Origin: Patescibacteria group bacterium
Lineage (GTDB): Bacteria; Patescibacteriota; Minisyncoccia; Phycocordibacterales; UBA9973
Assembly: GCA_038063515.1 (NCBI GenBank)
Contig: JBBTUY010000001.1
Location: 74,972-138,971 of the forward strand
DNA length: 64,000 nucleotides
Reading direction: 5' to 3'
Shown here: positions 27,490-37,428 of the stretch, one piece after another
Position numbering within the stretch: position 1 is the first letter of the stretch
Layout of the letters: each line of letters begins with the position of its first letter
The notes under the pieces: model-generated
The model's database searches: none
The model's input: only the letters and a program-made list of their open reading frames with translations
Told to the model about the DNA's origin: nothing
Made by a program: the position numbers and the translations under genes

Positions 27490-28560
27490 ATGCGTATTTT
27501 AGATGATGTAAAACTAGACTATCAAGATGTACTTCTTAAACCAAAGAGGAGTACTTTAAAATCAAGAAAGGATGTAGTTCTTGAGAGGACTTTCACTTTT
27601 TATCATTCTCCAAAAAAATGGACTGGTATACCTATCATGACTGCAAACATGGCTACGTGTGGGACTTTTGAACTTGCTCGAGTACTGTCTAAGTATAAGA
27701 TGATCACTACTTTTCATAAGTATTATACGGTGAAAGATTATGAGAATTTCTTTAAGACTTTTAATAACCCAGACTATATTTGTTATACACTCGGCATTCG
27801 AACAAAAGACTTAAAGCAATTAAAAGTAATGAAGAAAAATGGTTTACTTGATAAATTTTCTTTTATTTGTCTCGATGTACCAAATGGTTATCTACAGGAT
27901 TTCCTAGAAATTATTAAAGATGTGAGGAAAATGTGTCCGAAACATATCATCATAGCTGGAAATGTAGTGACGAATGAAATTACTGAAGAAATAATTTTAT
28001 CCGGTGCTGATTTAGTAAAGATAGGCATAGGTCCTGGCTCTGCGTGTACTACGAGACGTATGACGGGGGTAGGGTATCCACAGCTCTCTGCTGTCATAGA
28101 GTGTGCAGACTCTGCTCATGGGATATCAAATGACAGAGGAGTGGGGAGGATTATAGCTGATGGAGGGCAGCAGTATCCTTCAGATGTATCTAAAGCATTT
28201 TGCGGAGGAGCGGACTTCAATATGTGTGGTTCACTTTTTTCTGGTTTTGAGCAAAGCGGGGGAGAGACAATTATAAAAAATGGTAAGAAGTTTAAAGAAT
28301 ACGTCGGTTCATCTTCAAATAAAGCTATGAAAGAACTTTATGGTAAAAAAGATATACACAGAGCAAGTGAAGGTAGGTACGTACTTATGCCGCATAAGGG
28401 TGATATTAATGATTTTATACAGGAACTTCTAGGAGCTATGCGAAGTACTGCGACGTATATAGGAGCTCGGAATTTAAAAGAATTTCCAAAAAGAGCAACT
28501 TTTATGAAAGTAAATAGACAACTCACATCTTATCTAGAGAGATACGACACAGGAGAGTAG
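27490..28560 (+). CDS. guaC: GMP reductase
   Basis: Near-collinear with E. coli GuaC: LDYQDVLLKPKRSTLKSR, GIGPGSACTTR catalytic Cys loop, ADGG; no CBS insert; about 350 aa. Confidence 0.9.
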   Translation: MRILDDVKLDYQDVLLKPKRSTLKSRKDVVLERTFTFYHSPKKWTGIPIMTANMATCGTFELARVLSKYKMITTFHKYYTVKDYENFFKTFNNPDYICYTLGIRTKDLKQLKVMKKNGLLDKFSFICLDVPNGYLQDFLEIIKDVRKMCPKHIIIAGNVVTNEITEEIILSGADLVKIGIGPGSACTTRRMTGVGYPQLSAVIECADSAHGISNDRGVGRIIADGGQQYPSDVSKAFCGGADFNMCGSLFSGFEQSGGETIIKNGKKFKEYVGSSSNKAMKELYGKKDIHRASEGRYVLMPHKGDINDFIQELLGAMRSTATYIGARNLKEFPKRATFMKVNRQLTSYLERYDTGE

Positions 28561-28610
28561 ATTTTAGAATTAACTTGTTCATATTACTTATTTATTGATA
28601 TAATGTACAT

Positions 28611-29420
28611 ATGTACATAAAGAAATTTATTTCTGTTTTATTTTTAATAATTACGATATTTCCTGTCTATAAAACATATGCAGAAGTTTCTAACGCGGGG
28701 TTTGTGCCAGAAAGTATATGGTATTCTGTAGACCCCTTCAAAGAAGGTTATAAGATCAAGATATATACTTTCTTATTTAATCCCGATAAGAGAGAGCTCT
28801 CGGGTAGTGTGTCTTTCTTCGACAAAGATAATTTATTGGGTAAAAAAAATTTTACAATACCAGGTAATAGGGCACAAGACCTATCTGTTGACTGGGTAGT
28901 GACAGTAGGAACTCATAACATCTATGCAAAAATCGAAAATGCAAAGTTCCTAGTATCTAAAGGTGTATATGAAGATGCAAATCTTTCAGTAACAGAAACA
29001 AAAGAGAGTGTTCGTATTGTAAAAAAGCCTGTAATACCTCTGACGAAAGGAGATGCTACTATTAAAGAGGAAGACGTCACTAGTCCTAGCGTATTAGTAA
29101 AAGACATAGGGAATACTGTCGAAGAGCATACACCGAGCTTTATCTCAAATCCTCTTTTGAAGGCTATAGATTTTACAGAAGGTATGCGTACTAGTGTGGA
29201 TGTAAATATCAGTGATAAAAGAGATGCAGTAAAAGAAGACTTAGAAAACATAAAGGAAACTGTAAAAAATGATAATATTTTCCTAAAACCTTGGAAGTAC
29301 GTAGAGCTCTTTTTATTAACATTATTTTACTTTATATTTGACCACAAAATAGTATTTTATCTCATCTTAGTATTCCTCTTATACCTTGTACTGCGTTCTA
29401 TTTGGAATAGGTTTTTCTGA
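28611..29420 (+). CDS. hypothetical secreted or membrane protein (N-terminal signal/TM and C-terminal TM)
   Basis: Hydrophobic N- and C-termini; no motif recognised; lies upstream of PBP2. Confidence 0.45.
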   Translation: MYIKKFISVLFLIITIFPVYKTYAEVSNAGFVPESIWYSVDPFKEGYKIKIYTFLFNPDKRELSGSVSFFDKDNLLGKKNFTIPGNRAQDLSVDWVVTVGTHNIYAKIENAKFLVSKGVYEDANLSVTETKESVRIVKKPVIPLTKGDATIKEEDVTSPSVLVKDIGNTVEEHTPSFISNPLLKAIDFTEGMRTSVDVNISDKRDAVKEDLENIKETVKNDNIFLKPWKYVELFLLTLFYFIFDHKIVFYLILVFLLYLVLRSIWNRFF

Positions 29421-29456
29421 TTTGGTAATTCGTTGATAAGAGTGTAGTATAAGAAA

Positions 29457-29690
29457 ATGGTAGTACGAATCGGAGCTTCTTTAATACTCTTTTTATCTCT
29501 TTTCTTTATGCCTTTTTGGGTGACGATAATTCTTGTACTTCTGGGGATAGTTTATTTTAAGTGTTTTGTCGAAGCTTTATTCTTTATCTTATTATCTGAT
29601 TTAATTTTTAGCCTTTCTTTCTTTTCTTTTTTAATTATTCTCCCTACTTTTTTCTTGATAGAATTTTTCAAAAAGAAAGTTAACTTTTAG
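29457..29690 (+). CDS. small polytopic membrane protein (possibly MreD-like)
   Basis: 77-aa highly hydrophobic protein immediately upstream of the PBP2 gene. Confidence 0.3.
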   Translation: MVVRIGASLILFLSLFFMPFWVTIILVLLGIVYFKCFVEALFFILLSDLIFSLSFFSFLIILPTFFLIEFFKKKVNF

Positions 29691-29691
29691 T

Positions 29692-31392
29692 ATGATCACT
29701 AGAATTTTTAAAAAAAATAAATTAAAGAAAAACTTCTTTGTCGATCCTGACGAGATTTTTCTTGATTCTAAAAATATACAAAACTTTGATAGACAACAAT
29801 TTGAAGGAAGAATAGAAAAAACAATATCTAAAAGTAATATTTTAATTTTAAGTATTTTGTTTTTAATTGTTATTGGAACTTTCGGCAGTAGGCTCATATA
29901 TCTTCAAGTAAATAAAGGTGAAGCATATCTAAAAAGAAGCGAGAACAATATATTAGAAAAAGACATCATATTTGCTAATAGGGGAATAATATATGATAGA
30001 AATAAAGCTGAAATTGCTTGGAATAAACTCAACCAAGATGAGAATACAGAAACCCCATCACTTCTACGCTCTTATTTAACACCCGGATTTTCTCATTTGC
30101 TTGGGTACGTGAGCTATCCAACTCGAGATAAAGATGGGAATTATTGGCAACAAGAATTTGTAGGGAAAGATGGTCTTGAAAAACAGTACAATGATGACAT
30201 AAGAGGCGAAAATGGCTCAAAGATAATAGAGAAAACTGCGCGTGGCGAAGTGTACTCAGAAAACATTGTAAATATTCCGAAACAAGGAAAAGATTTAATT
30301 ACAACCATAGACTCGAGAGTACAGAAACAACTGTTCCTTTCTATTAAAAATTTATCAGAAAAAAGTTCTTTCTCTGGAGGGGCTGGCATCATAATGGATG
30401 TCAGAAATGGAGAGATACTTGCTTCTACAAGTTTTCCTGAATATGATTCCGAAATTCTTTCACTTGGAAAAGACAAAGCCACAATCAACGAATACATCAC
30501 AGACAAAAGAAAGTTCTTTTTAGATAGGAATATTTCTGGCTTATATACTCCAGGGTCTATCATGAAACCATTTTTTGCTTTGGGTGCTCTAAATGAAGGA
30601 ATAATTTCTCCTTCAAAAGAGATTTTATCTACAGGGTCCATCTCTATTCCAAATCCATATTTCCCCGATCAGGAAACAGTTTTTAAAGACTGGAGAGTAA
30701 ACGGCTGGACGGACATGGCAGAAGCCATCGCTGTATCTTCGGATATATATTTTTATGCTATAGGTGGAGGGTATAAAGATCAAAAAGGTTTAGGTATAGC
30801 TAATATTGAAAAATATACTAGGCTTTTTGGTATAGGTACTCCAACAGGAGTAGATTTGCCAGATGAAAAGGGTGGCGTCATACCAAACCCACAATGGAAG
30901 CTAAAGAACTTTAAAGGTGATCCATGGCGTGTTGGTGATACGTACCACACTTCAATAGGGCAGTACGGCTTTCAGGTGACTCCTATAGAGATGGTGCGAG
31001 CTGCGGGTGCGCTTGCTAACTATGGTAAACTGATGACCCCACACTTTATTTTAGATGATAAAGAAAGAAAAGAAAAATTTACTACAATTAATTTAAATCG
31101 AGATTATTTTGATGTAGTAAATAAAGGAATGCGTCAGACAGTCACAGAGGGTACTGCAGTATCTTTAAATGTACCTTATGTGCAAGTTGCAGCAAAGACA
31201 GGTACTGCACAACTCGGACTGGCTAAAAATAGAGTTAACTCATGGATCATGGGATTCTTGCCTTATGAAAATCCTAAGTACACTTTTGTTATTATGATGG
31301 AATCTGGTCCACTCGATAGTGGCAGTGCTTCCTCTGTAATGCGAGAGCTTTTGGACTGGATGTATAACAATACTCCAGAATATTTTCAGTAA
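29692..31392 (+). CDS. mrdA: penicillin-binding protein 2 (class B transpeptidase)
   Basis: N-terminal TM; SIMKP (SxxK), SSD (SxN-like) and KTGTA motifs. Confidence 0.85.
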   Translation: MITRIFKKNKLKKNFFVDPDEIFLDSKNIQNFDRQQFEGRIEKTISKSNILILSILFLIVIGTFGSRLIYLQVNKGEAYLKRSENNILEKDIIFANRGIIYDRNKAEIAWNKLNQDENTETPSLLRSYLTPGFSHLLGYVSYPTRDKDGNYWQQEFVGKDGLEKQYNDDIRGENGSKIIEKTARGEVYSENIVNIPKQGKDLITTIDSRVQKQLFLSIKNLSEKSSFSGGAGIIMDVRNGEILASTSFPEYDSEILSLGKDKATINEYITDKRKFFLDRNISGLYTPGSIMKPFFALGALNEGIISPSKEILSTGSISIPNPYFPDQETVFKDWRVNGWTDMAEAIAVSSDIYFYAIGGGYKDQKGLGIANIEKYTRLFGIGTPTGVDLPDEKGGVIPNPQWKLKNFKGDPWRVGDTYHTSIGQYGFQVTPIEMVRAAGALANYGKLMTPHFILDDKERKEKFTTINLNRDYFDVVNKGMRQTVTEGTAVSLNVPYVQVAAKTGTAQLGLAKNRVNSWIMGFLPYENPKYTFVIMMESGPLDSGSASSVMRELLDWMYNNTPEYFQ

Positions 31393-31410
31393 CTAGTATA
31401 CACAAAACTA

Positions 31411-31436
31411 AAAAACTCCTATATGGGAGTTTTTTA
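31411..31436. terminator. bidirectional intrinsic terminator between the PBP2 gene and the convergent pilin gene
   Basis: aaaactcc-tatatg-ggagtttt with flanking A- and T-tracts. Confidence 0.6.
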
Positions 31437-31455
31437 GTTGCTATGTTTTTATATA

Positions 31456-31932
31456 TTAGCGAGTTAAACAGAAACTAGTACTTCCTGAGATTGCTGCTTC
31501 AGCGTGTAGTGGTGCACATATTGTGTAGCGGCTATTTTCATACTTAATTGTATAGTCTGTGTCAGCAACATCACCACTAGATGGATCAAAAGGTAAAGCT
31601 GATGGAATATATCCAGGTACTAAACAAGTTAGGTTAACAAGACCAGAATCTGTACCAATATTTGTAGTAGTAGCAGTAGGTACGTTAGTTATACCTGAAC
31701 AAGTAGTAGTAGATAATGGTAATCCTTTGTTATCCACAAGATTTTGTCCTACAGCGTTTAAAATTGTATTTACGTGTGACTCACGTTGTGTGTTGCGAGC
31801 TTGAGCAAATTGCTTAGCTGGATTTATAGCGATAATAACTATTGTTGCTAGTATAGCTATAATACCTATAACAACTAAAATTTCGATCAATGTAAAACCT
31901 TTATTCTTACTTATATTTTTTAAATTCTTCAT
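31456..31932 (-). CDS. type IV pilin (prepilin with N-terminal methylation motif)
   Basis: KGFTLIEILVVIGIIAILATIV class III signal peptide (G/FTLIE). Confidence 0.75.
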   Translation of the reverse strand: MKNLKNISKNKGFTLIEILVVIGIIAILATIVIIAINPAKQFAQARNTQRESHVNTILNAVGQNLVDNKGLPLSTTTCSGITNVPTATTTNIGTDSGLVNLTCLVPGYIPSALPFDPSSGDVADTDYTIKYENSRYTICAPLHAEAAISGSTSFCLTR

Positions 31933-32047
31933 ATAAAATTCTTAATAATAATTTTGCCAAATGACATAAAACATTTAATTTCGACTGGTTATACTAATTA
32001 GTATGTACTATACTACTTTTACATAAGCTGTAAAGGGTATATATAAT

Positions 32048-32452
32048 TTATATTTCTTCATAATATTCTATAGCTAGAGTACTTTTGTTTACTTCCACAC
32101 GAAGATTTGTTGTGGCATTCTGAAATACAGACGTAGTGTTTATAATTATTGGATTTGATGATGGATCTATATTACCTATGTTGCAAGTGTTACTGCCAGA
32201 AATAGTTTGATTTTCTGATCCTGTGTAGCTTGAGTTGTTTGCAAGCTTTAATATTGCAGTATCTATACATGCTTCAGCTAGGCTTGAACTCCTTTTTTTA
32301 AATTCATTATCTAAAATATTAGACCTACTGTAGAAACCCGTGAATCCTAAGTTTGTGGTTATGAGCAGGAGAACAATAGAAATTATTATCGCAGACATTA
32401 ATGCTACAAAGCCAGAGTTATGTCTATTTTTCGTGTAATTTATATTTCTCAT
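32048..32452 (-). CDS. minor pilin-like protein (PilX-like; atypical leader)
   Basis: Hydrophobic N-terminal helix SGFVALMSAIIISIVLLL within the pilin gene array. Confidence 0.4.
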   Translation of the reverse strand: MRNINYTKNRHNSGFVALMSAIIISIVLLLITTNLGFTGFYSRSNILDNEFKKRSSSLAEACIDTAILKLANNSSYTGSENQTISGSNTCNIGNIDPSSNPIIINTTSVFQNATTNLRVEVNKSTLAIEYYEEI

Positions 32453-32949
32453 TTACGAATATATTTAGTGATACTAAAAGGGTAGTCTTTGCCATCTTTT
32501 ACTATTAGGAAACTCGCTGTGATTCCAGCAGGTGACGAATCAATAGGAGCAATGTATGCAAAATTTAAGCTTGAAGCCTTTACTGTGACATTGTCTGTAG
32601 TTAATGGTAGGTAAGTATTTGGTCCCACGTTTTCTTTCATTTCTATTTTAGTGCCATTTAGTCTAATATTTATTTGGTTGGCGTCATATTTTGTAATGTT
32701 TAGATTGTTAGAGTTAAGGTTACCAGTACTTGGAGTTGTGATGGTCGAGATGCCAGTTAAGGCATAATTTATTTTTCTCAATACAAAGATACCTTCTTCT
32801 TGAGTTGTGTTTTTCACACTGAGCTTTCCTGAACCATCTATTATTTGATGAGTAGTTATAAAAGCTGTGCCTATTAAAAGAGAAAACAATGCAATGTATA
32901 TTATGACTTCTATTAAAGTAAAACCTTTTTTATTTCTAGGGTTGATCAT
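32449..32949 (-). CDS. type IV minor pilin
   Basis: KGFTLIEVIIYIALFSLLIG prepilin leader. Confidence 0.7.
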   Translation of the reverse strand: MINPRNKKGFTLIEVIIYIALFSLLIGTAFITTHQIIDGSGKLSVKNTTQEEGIFVLRKINYALTGISTITTPSTGNLNSNNLNITKYDANQINIRLNGTKIEMKENVGPNTYLPLTTDNVTVKASSLNFAYIAPIDSSPAGITASFLIVKDGKDYPFSITKYIRK

Positions 32950-34480
32950 AAATTACATGTAATGCATTATTGCTTTTGACTGCCAAATATATTTTATCAT
33001 CTAAGAATTCTATTCCAGCTATGGCTTGAGGGAAATTAAAATCACTCCATATTGTGTTTAAGTTATTTGAATTCCAGACTTGGAATTCTGCACCACTGTC
33101 GCTCGTACCTAAAAATATAAAGTTCGATGCAAGTGATATGCCTGCAACTAGCGCATTACTAGGATTTAGGTTTAAATCCTTTCCTGATATTATTGAGAGA
33201 TCACTCTTTTTAAGAATATAAAGCTCAGGTCTACCCGATGCTGTTTGTTTACGTCCGAGATATATTTTATTTCCTAGTAGATTAACACTTGTTCCATCTT
33301 CAGCACCGTCTGCATCGAATAATGTGTCTGAGGTAATATTGGCTGGGTTTGTGATATTAAGTATAGTTAATTCTTGATTATCACCTGAGGTTGCTAGGTA
33401 TGCTTTATCTCCTGTGATATTTATAGAATTAATATTATGGTTTACATTAAAACTTCCAAGCCATATAGGGTTGCTAGGGTTGCATCCTAGTATGCTTGTG
33501 TCAGATACACAGTACACATGAAATTCATTATTTTGTGAAATGGGTATTGCTAAGTTAGCAATATATTTTGTTCCTATGTACACTTTTCCATCATAGAAAA
33601 ATATACTTTGCCCGGCCAGGCAAGGACTTGCAGCTGGAGAGCATGTAAATATTATATTAGGCAAAGTTCTAGATGTTACAACTGTCGGTGTTGCGGGATT
33701 GGTTATGTTTATTATTTGTAATTGGTTCGTATTACTATTTTGAACTACATATGCATATATTTCATTCGTATTAACATCTTTTGCTACATCGACAGCATTT
33801 AATCCGACACCTGTATTTAGTTGTCCTATAATAGTAGGAGGATTTACTTCTAAATTAAAAGACCAAAAATCATTACTTGTTGTGGCTGTGTGAGTGGAAG
33901 TTAAAAACACATATTTGTTTCCATTTACTTTCATTGCATCGAGACCAGTACCTTGGTTTCCTCCAGGATTAATGTCTGTTGAAGCAAATGATTGAGGATT
34001 GGTCCAGTTTGTAGTGGGTGGTTCCGTCACGCAATCTCCACCGAGCGCAAAAGCTCCTGTAATATCAGAGAGAAATGTTGATAACTCTACTTTTTGTGGA
34101 CGAATACTATTAGTCCAAGTGACGTCACTTATGACTTTCTTTTTACACTGAGTGAGGTCTTCTACTATTATATTTTTATTATACGTTAAAGGCCCGCTCA
34201 CCTCTGTGCCCGTGGATGAGTTTACAGAATTAAAATCTTGCCTAGACAATGCTCTCATAGCTTCTAAATTTTTCTCTGCTTTACTTATGGCTTCGTTGTT
34301 GGTCTCTAGGTCTATGGCCATCGACTGATTTCCAAACACTACGATAATTACAGATCCCATACATAGTATAAGAATAGTAAAAGCTATTAGTATCTCTAAT
34401 GTAGCAAAACCTTTTCTGTTTTGTAGACGTCCGACGTCTACAAAGAGCTTTAAATTTTTACCAATTAATTGTTCCTTCAT
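32936..34480 (-). CDS. large (514 aa) prepilin-like protein, possible pilus tip or adhesin subunit
   Basis: KGFATLEILIAFTILIL prepilin-type N-terminus followed by about 480 aa of Asn/Thr-rich beta-rich sequence. Confidence 0.6.
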   Translation of the reverse strand: MKEQLIGKNLKLFVDVGRLQNRKGFATLEILIAFTILILCMGSVIIVVFGNQSMAIDLETNNEAISKAEKNLEAMRALSRQDFNSVNSSTGTEVSGPLTYNKNIIVEDLTQCKKKVISDVTWTNSIRPQKVELSTFLSDITGAFALGGDCVTEPPTTNWTNPQSFASTDINPGGNQGTGLDAMKVNGNKYVFLTSTHTATTSNDFWSFNLEVNPPTIIGQLNTGVGLNAVDVAKDVNTNEIYAYVVQNSNTNQLQIINITNPATPTVVTSRTLPNIIFTCSPAASPCLAGQSIFFYDGKVYIGTKYIANLAIPISQNNEFHVYCVSDTSILGCNPSNPIWLGSFNVNHNINSINITGDKAYLATSGDNQELTILNITNPANITSDTLFDADGAEDGTSVNLLGNKIYLGRKQTASGRPELYILKKSDLSIISGKDLNLNPSNALVAGISLASNFIFLGTSDSGAEFQVWNSNNLNTIWSDFNFPQAIAGIEFLDDKIYLAVKSNNALHVIYDQP

Positions 34481-34907
34481 TATTGATCTTTATATGTTTC
34501 GGTGACCCATTTCCATTATCTACTATTACATCTATCTGATTTGTGGACGGAGAAAGCTGTGGTTTGAGCTTACCACTAATCCTATCAAAAACAACAGAAG
34601 GGAAGGTGAGAGTAAGGCTTGTATTTGCGGGAGTTTTTTCATCTGTACCTAATCCATCACAGGTACCGTCTCTAAAAATAATGTAATCAGGGGCGAGATA
34701 ACATACACCATGAGATGTATCAAACATATTTGCCATTGCACGACTGCGTGCTTTTTCTAAGAGAGATACTATTTTTGCATTCTCATTTAAAAATGTACTA
34801 GAAGTAAAAGATTGAAAATTTATAACTAAACCAAAACTGATGATGATAGTTAATATGCTGACAACAACAAGTATTTCAATAAGCGTAAGGCCCTTTCTGT
34901 ATTTCAT
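34458..34907 (-). CDS. type IV minor pilin (GspH/FimT-like)
   Basis: KGLTLIEILVVVSILTIIIS prepilin leader. Confidence 0.7.
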   Translation of the reverse strand: MKYRKGLTLIEILVVVSILTIIISFGLVINFQSFTSSTFLNENAKIVSLLEKARSRAMANMFDTSHGVCYLAPDYIIFRDGTCDGLGTDEKTPANTSLTLTFPSVVFDRISGKLKPQLSPSTNQIDVIVDNGNGSPKHIKINNEGTINW

Positions 34908-34908
34908 A

Positions 34909-36021
34909 TTACTTTACATTTAAATGTTGTGTAATGCCGTATATAGGTGTGATGATAGAAATTGCAATAAAACCAACAAGGATACCCATCACTATCATAA
35001 GTACAGGCTCTACCATGCTAGAGAGATTTTTAGTAAAGTCGTCTATTTCTGCTTCGTACATTTCAGAGAGGTAAATGAGAGAGTTCGATAAATTTCCACT
35101 CTGCTCTCCCACAGAAACTATCTGAGAGACTATGTCAGGAAATATGTCACGTCTTTTTATTAGATGTGTGGATATTTTAGACCCTCTATTCACTACAGCT
35201 GCAAGTAATTTGTATTCTTTTTTGTATACTAGGTTTGGTGTGGTCTTTGCAGATATGGGAAATGCGTCTCCCATGGTGATACCTCCACGCAAGAGTAATC
35301 CCATAGTGCGTGTAAAGTTCGCCATATTGTAATCTATTACTATTTTCCCAATGATAGGGATTTTAAAAAGTAATTTATCAACATGGAATGCAAAAATTTC
35401 ACTTTTCTTCATAGCGACCATAAATGCCACAAGCATTAAAATCAGAGCTATTAAAGTATAAAATCCATAATGATTTATGAAATTACTCATACCTATGACT
35501 ATGCGAGTAGAGAGTGGTAGCTCGTAATTCAAACTAGAGAATACAGGTAGTATTTTCGGGAAAAGAAATACCATAAGGAAAGTTATGATACCTATTGCTG
35601 CAATGGTTACTATGATGGGGTATATAGATGCGCTTATTATTTTCTTTTTTAAAATATGTCTTTTTTTCAGCTCATCAGCTACATATTCTAGATTTTCAGA
35701 TAGTATTCCACTTTGCTCTCCAAAACCAATTATGTTTATAGTAAATTCTCCAAATGTATTTTTAAATTTCTCTAGACTAGTAGAGAGATTCTGGCCATTT
35801 GAAATATTTGCGATCACTATGTCGAGGATTGTCGCATACGATTTTTTGCGAGTTTGTTCACGAATCATTACAAGTGACTCTCGCATCGGTATGCCAGCTT
35901 TTATCAGAAACGAAAGTCTTTTCACAAAAAAAGTCTGGTCTTTGATAGAAAGCCTTGCATATGGTGTTCCTTTCATTTTATCCCACAGTGATTTTCCTTT
36001 ATCTGCATCTTTCTTGTACAT
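34909..36021 (-). CDS. pilC: type IV pilus assembly platform protein PilC (GspF family)
   Basis: Two GspF repeats with three TM segments; GspF-domain sequence pattern. Confidence 0.85.
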   Translation of the reverse strand: MYKKDADKGKSLWDKMKGTPYARLSIKDQTFFVKRLSFLIKAGIPMRESLVMIREQTRKKSYATILDIVIANISNGQNLSTSLEKFKNTFGEFTINIIGFGEQSGILSENLEYVADELKKRHILKKKIISASIYPIIVTIAAIGIITFLMVFLFPKILPVFSSLNYELPLSTRIVIGMSNFINHYGFYTLIALILMLVAFMVAMKKSEIFAFHVDKLLFKIPIIGKIVIDYNMANFTRTMGLLLRGGITMGDAFPISAKTTPNLVYKKEYKLLAAVVNRGSKISTHLIKRRDIFPDIVSQIVSVGEQSGNLSNSLIYLSEMYEAEIDDFTKNLSSMVEPVLMIVMGILVGFIAISIITPIYGITQHLNVK

Positions 36022-36034
36022 ATATAAATGTTAA

Positions 36035-37291
36035 TTATTCATGGATGACACGCAATACTTCTTCGACTGTAGTTAAACCATTTTTTACTTTTTGGAAACC
36101 ATCCTCAAACATAGTTGTCATTCCATTTTTTATAGCTATCTTTTTTATTTCGTTGGCTGAAGCTCTGCGAAGTATGGCTTCACGTATTTCTGTATCAGCT
36201 ACTAATACTTCGTTAATGCATATTCTACCTTTATATCCGCTATTCCCACACGTCTCGCATCCTTTACCTTTGTATACAAAATCATTATTAAAGAGTAGGG
36301 CAGAGTAAGGGGTCCCTGCAAGAGATTCTTTCATAGCATGAGTTATGGTGATTTTTTCTTTACAGTTTGAGCAAATTTTTCTGACGAGTCTCTGACCTAT
36401 GGCTATAGACACAGTCGAAGCTACTAGGTATTCCTCTATGCCCATGTCGAGAAGTCTAGGAAGTGTAGTAGCTGCATCATTTGTATGGAGCGTAGACAGC
36501 AAGAGGTGTCCGGTGAGGGCTGTGTTTACAGCCATGCTTGCAGTTTCCGCATCACGTATTTCACCTACCATTATTATATTTGGATCTTGTCTTAAGATTG
36601 ATCGTAGACCATTTGCAAATGTTAAACCACATCTCGCATTAACCTGTATTTGCTCTATTTCATCTACTGCATACTCTATGGGGTCTTCTATGGTGATGAT
36701 AGATACTTCGGGAGAGTTCAGCATCTTTATAAGGGTGTACATGGTGGTAGTTTTCCCTGAGCCTGTGGGGCCAGTAGATAGTATCATCCCATTTGTTTTT
36801 TTCATTGCTTCTTGTATTTTCTTTTTATCACTCTCACTAAATCCTAAATCTTCGAGAGTTGATTGTTCATTTTTATCTGAGAGTAAACGAAGAACAGCAT
36901 TTTCTCCGTGATAGGTGGGTACGATAGATACACGTAAGTCTATAAATTTACATGGCTCTTTACTATCTGTAGGAAAAACATATCTAAATCTTCCATCTTG
37001 AGTTGTTTGATGTTCATCCGTTCTTAGTTTTGAAAGTATTTTTATACGGGAAATTATTTCATTATTTATTTCTTTTGGTAGAGAGTATGCATCTTGTAAA
37101 ACGCCATCAACACGAAATCTAATGCGCACAGATTTAACTAAAGGGTCTATGTGTATATCTGAAGCTCTAAAAAAATACGCTTTTTCAATAAGCTGGTCAA
37201 ATAAATTTATTATAGAAATATCAACACCTCGAGCGAGTTCCTCCTGTACTTTATCCACATTTTTAATATTCATATCTTGCATAAAATACAA
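36035..37291 (-). CDS. pilB: type IV pilus assembly ATPase PilB/GspE family (short N-terminus)
   Basis: Walker A GPTGSGKTTT, Asp/His boxes, and C-terminal tetracysteine CETCGNSGYKGRIC. Confidence 0.85.
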   Translation of the reverse strand: MYFMQDMNIKNVDKVQEELARGVDISIINLFDQLIEKAYFFRASDIHIDPLVKSVRIRFRVDGVLQDAYSLPKEINNEIISRIKILSKLRTDEHQTTQDGRFRYVFPTDSKEPCKFIDLRVSIVPTYHGENAVLRLLSDKNEQSTLEDLGFSESDKKKIQEAMKKTNGMILSTGPTGSGKTTTMYTLIKMLNSPEVSIITIEDPIEYAVDEIEQIQVNARCGLTFANGLRSILRQDPNIIMVGEIRDAETASMAVNTALTGHLLLSTLHTNDAATTLPRLLDMGIEEYLVASTVSIAIGQRLVRKICSNCKEKITITHAMKESLAGTPYSALLFNNDFVYKGKGCETCGNSGYKGRICINEVLVADTEIREAILRRASANEIKKIAIKNGMTTMFEDGFQKVKNGLTTVEEVLRVIHE

Positions 37292-37397
37292 CTAGGTGCG
37301 TGTATATATAAAAATATATTATACTATAAAATCTGAAATAGAGCAGCCTCTCTTAACAAAAGTTAAACAAAGAAAGACTTTCCTAAAGGACATTTGA

Positions 37398-37428
37398 GTG
37401 TCCGTTAGATAATCTCGTGTCCGTTAGA
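37398..37428. promoter_or_regulatory. pair of 12-bp direct repeats gtgtccgttaga in the divergent pilB / PKD-protein intergenic region
   Basis: Copies at 37398-37409 and 37417-37428, 19 bp centre to centre; an arrangement reminiscent of response-regulator binding sites. Confidence 0.3.

Noticed and set aside
29457-29690. Assigning the 77-aa membrane ORF as MreD
   Set aside because: Too short and no recognisable MreD motif; position-only argument, so left as a hypothetical membrane protein.
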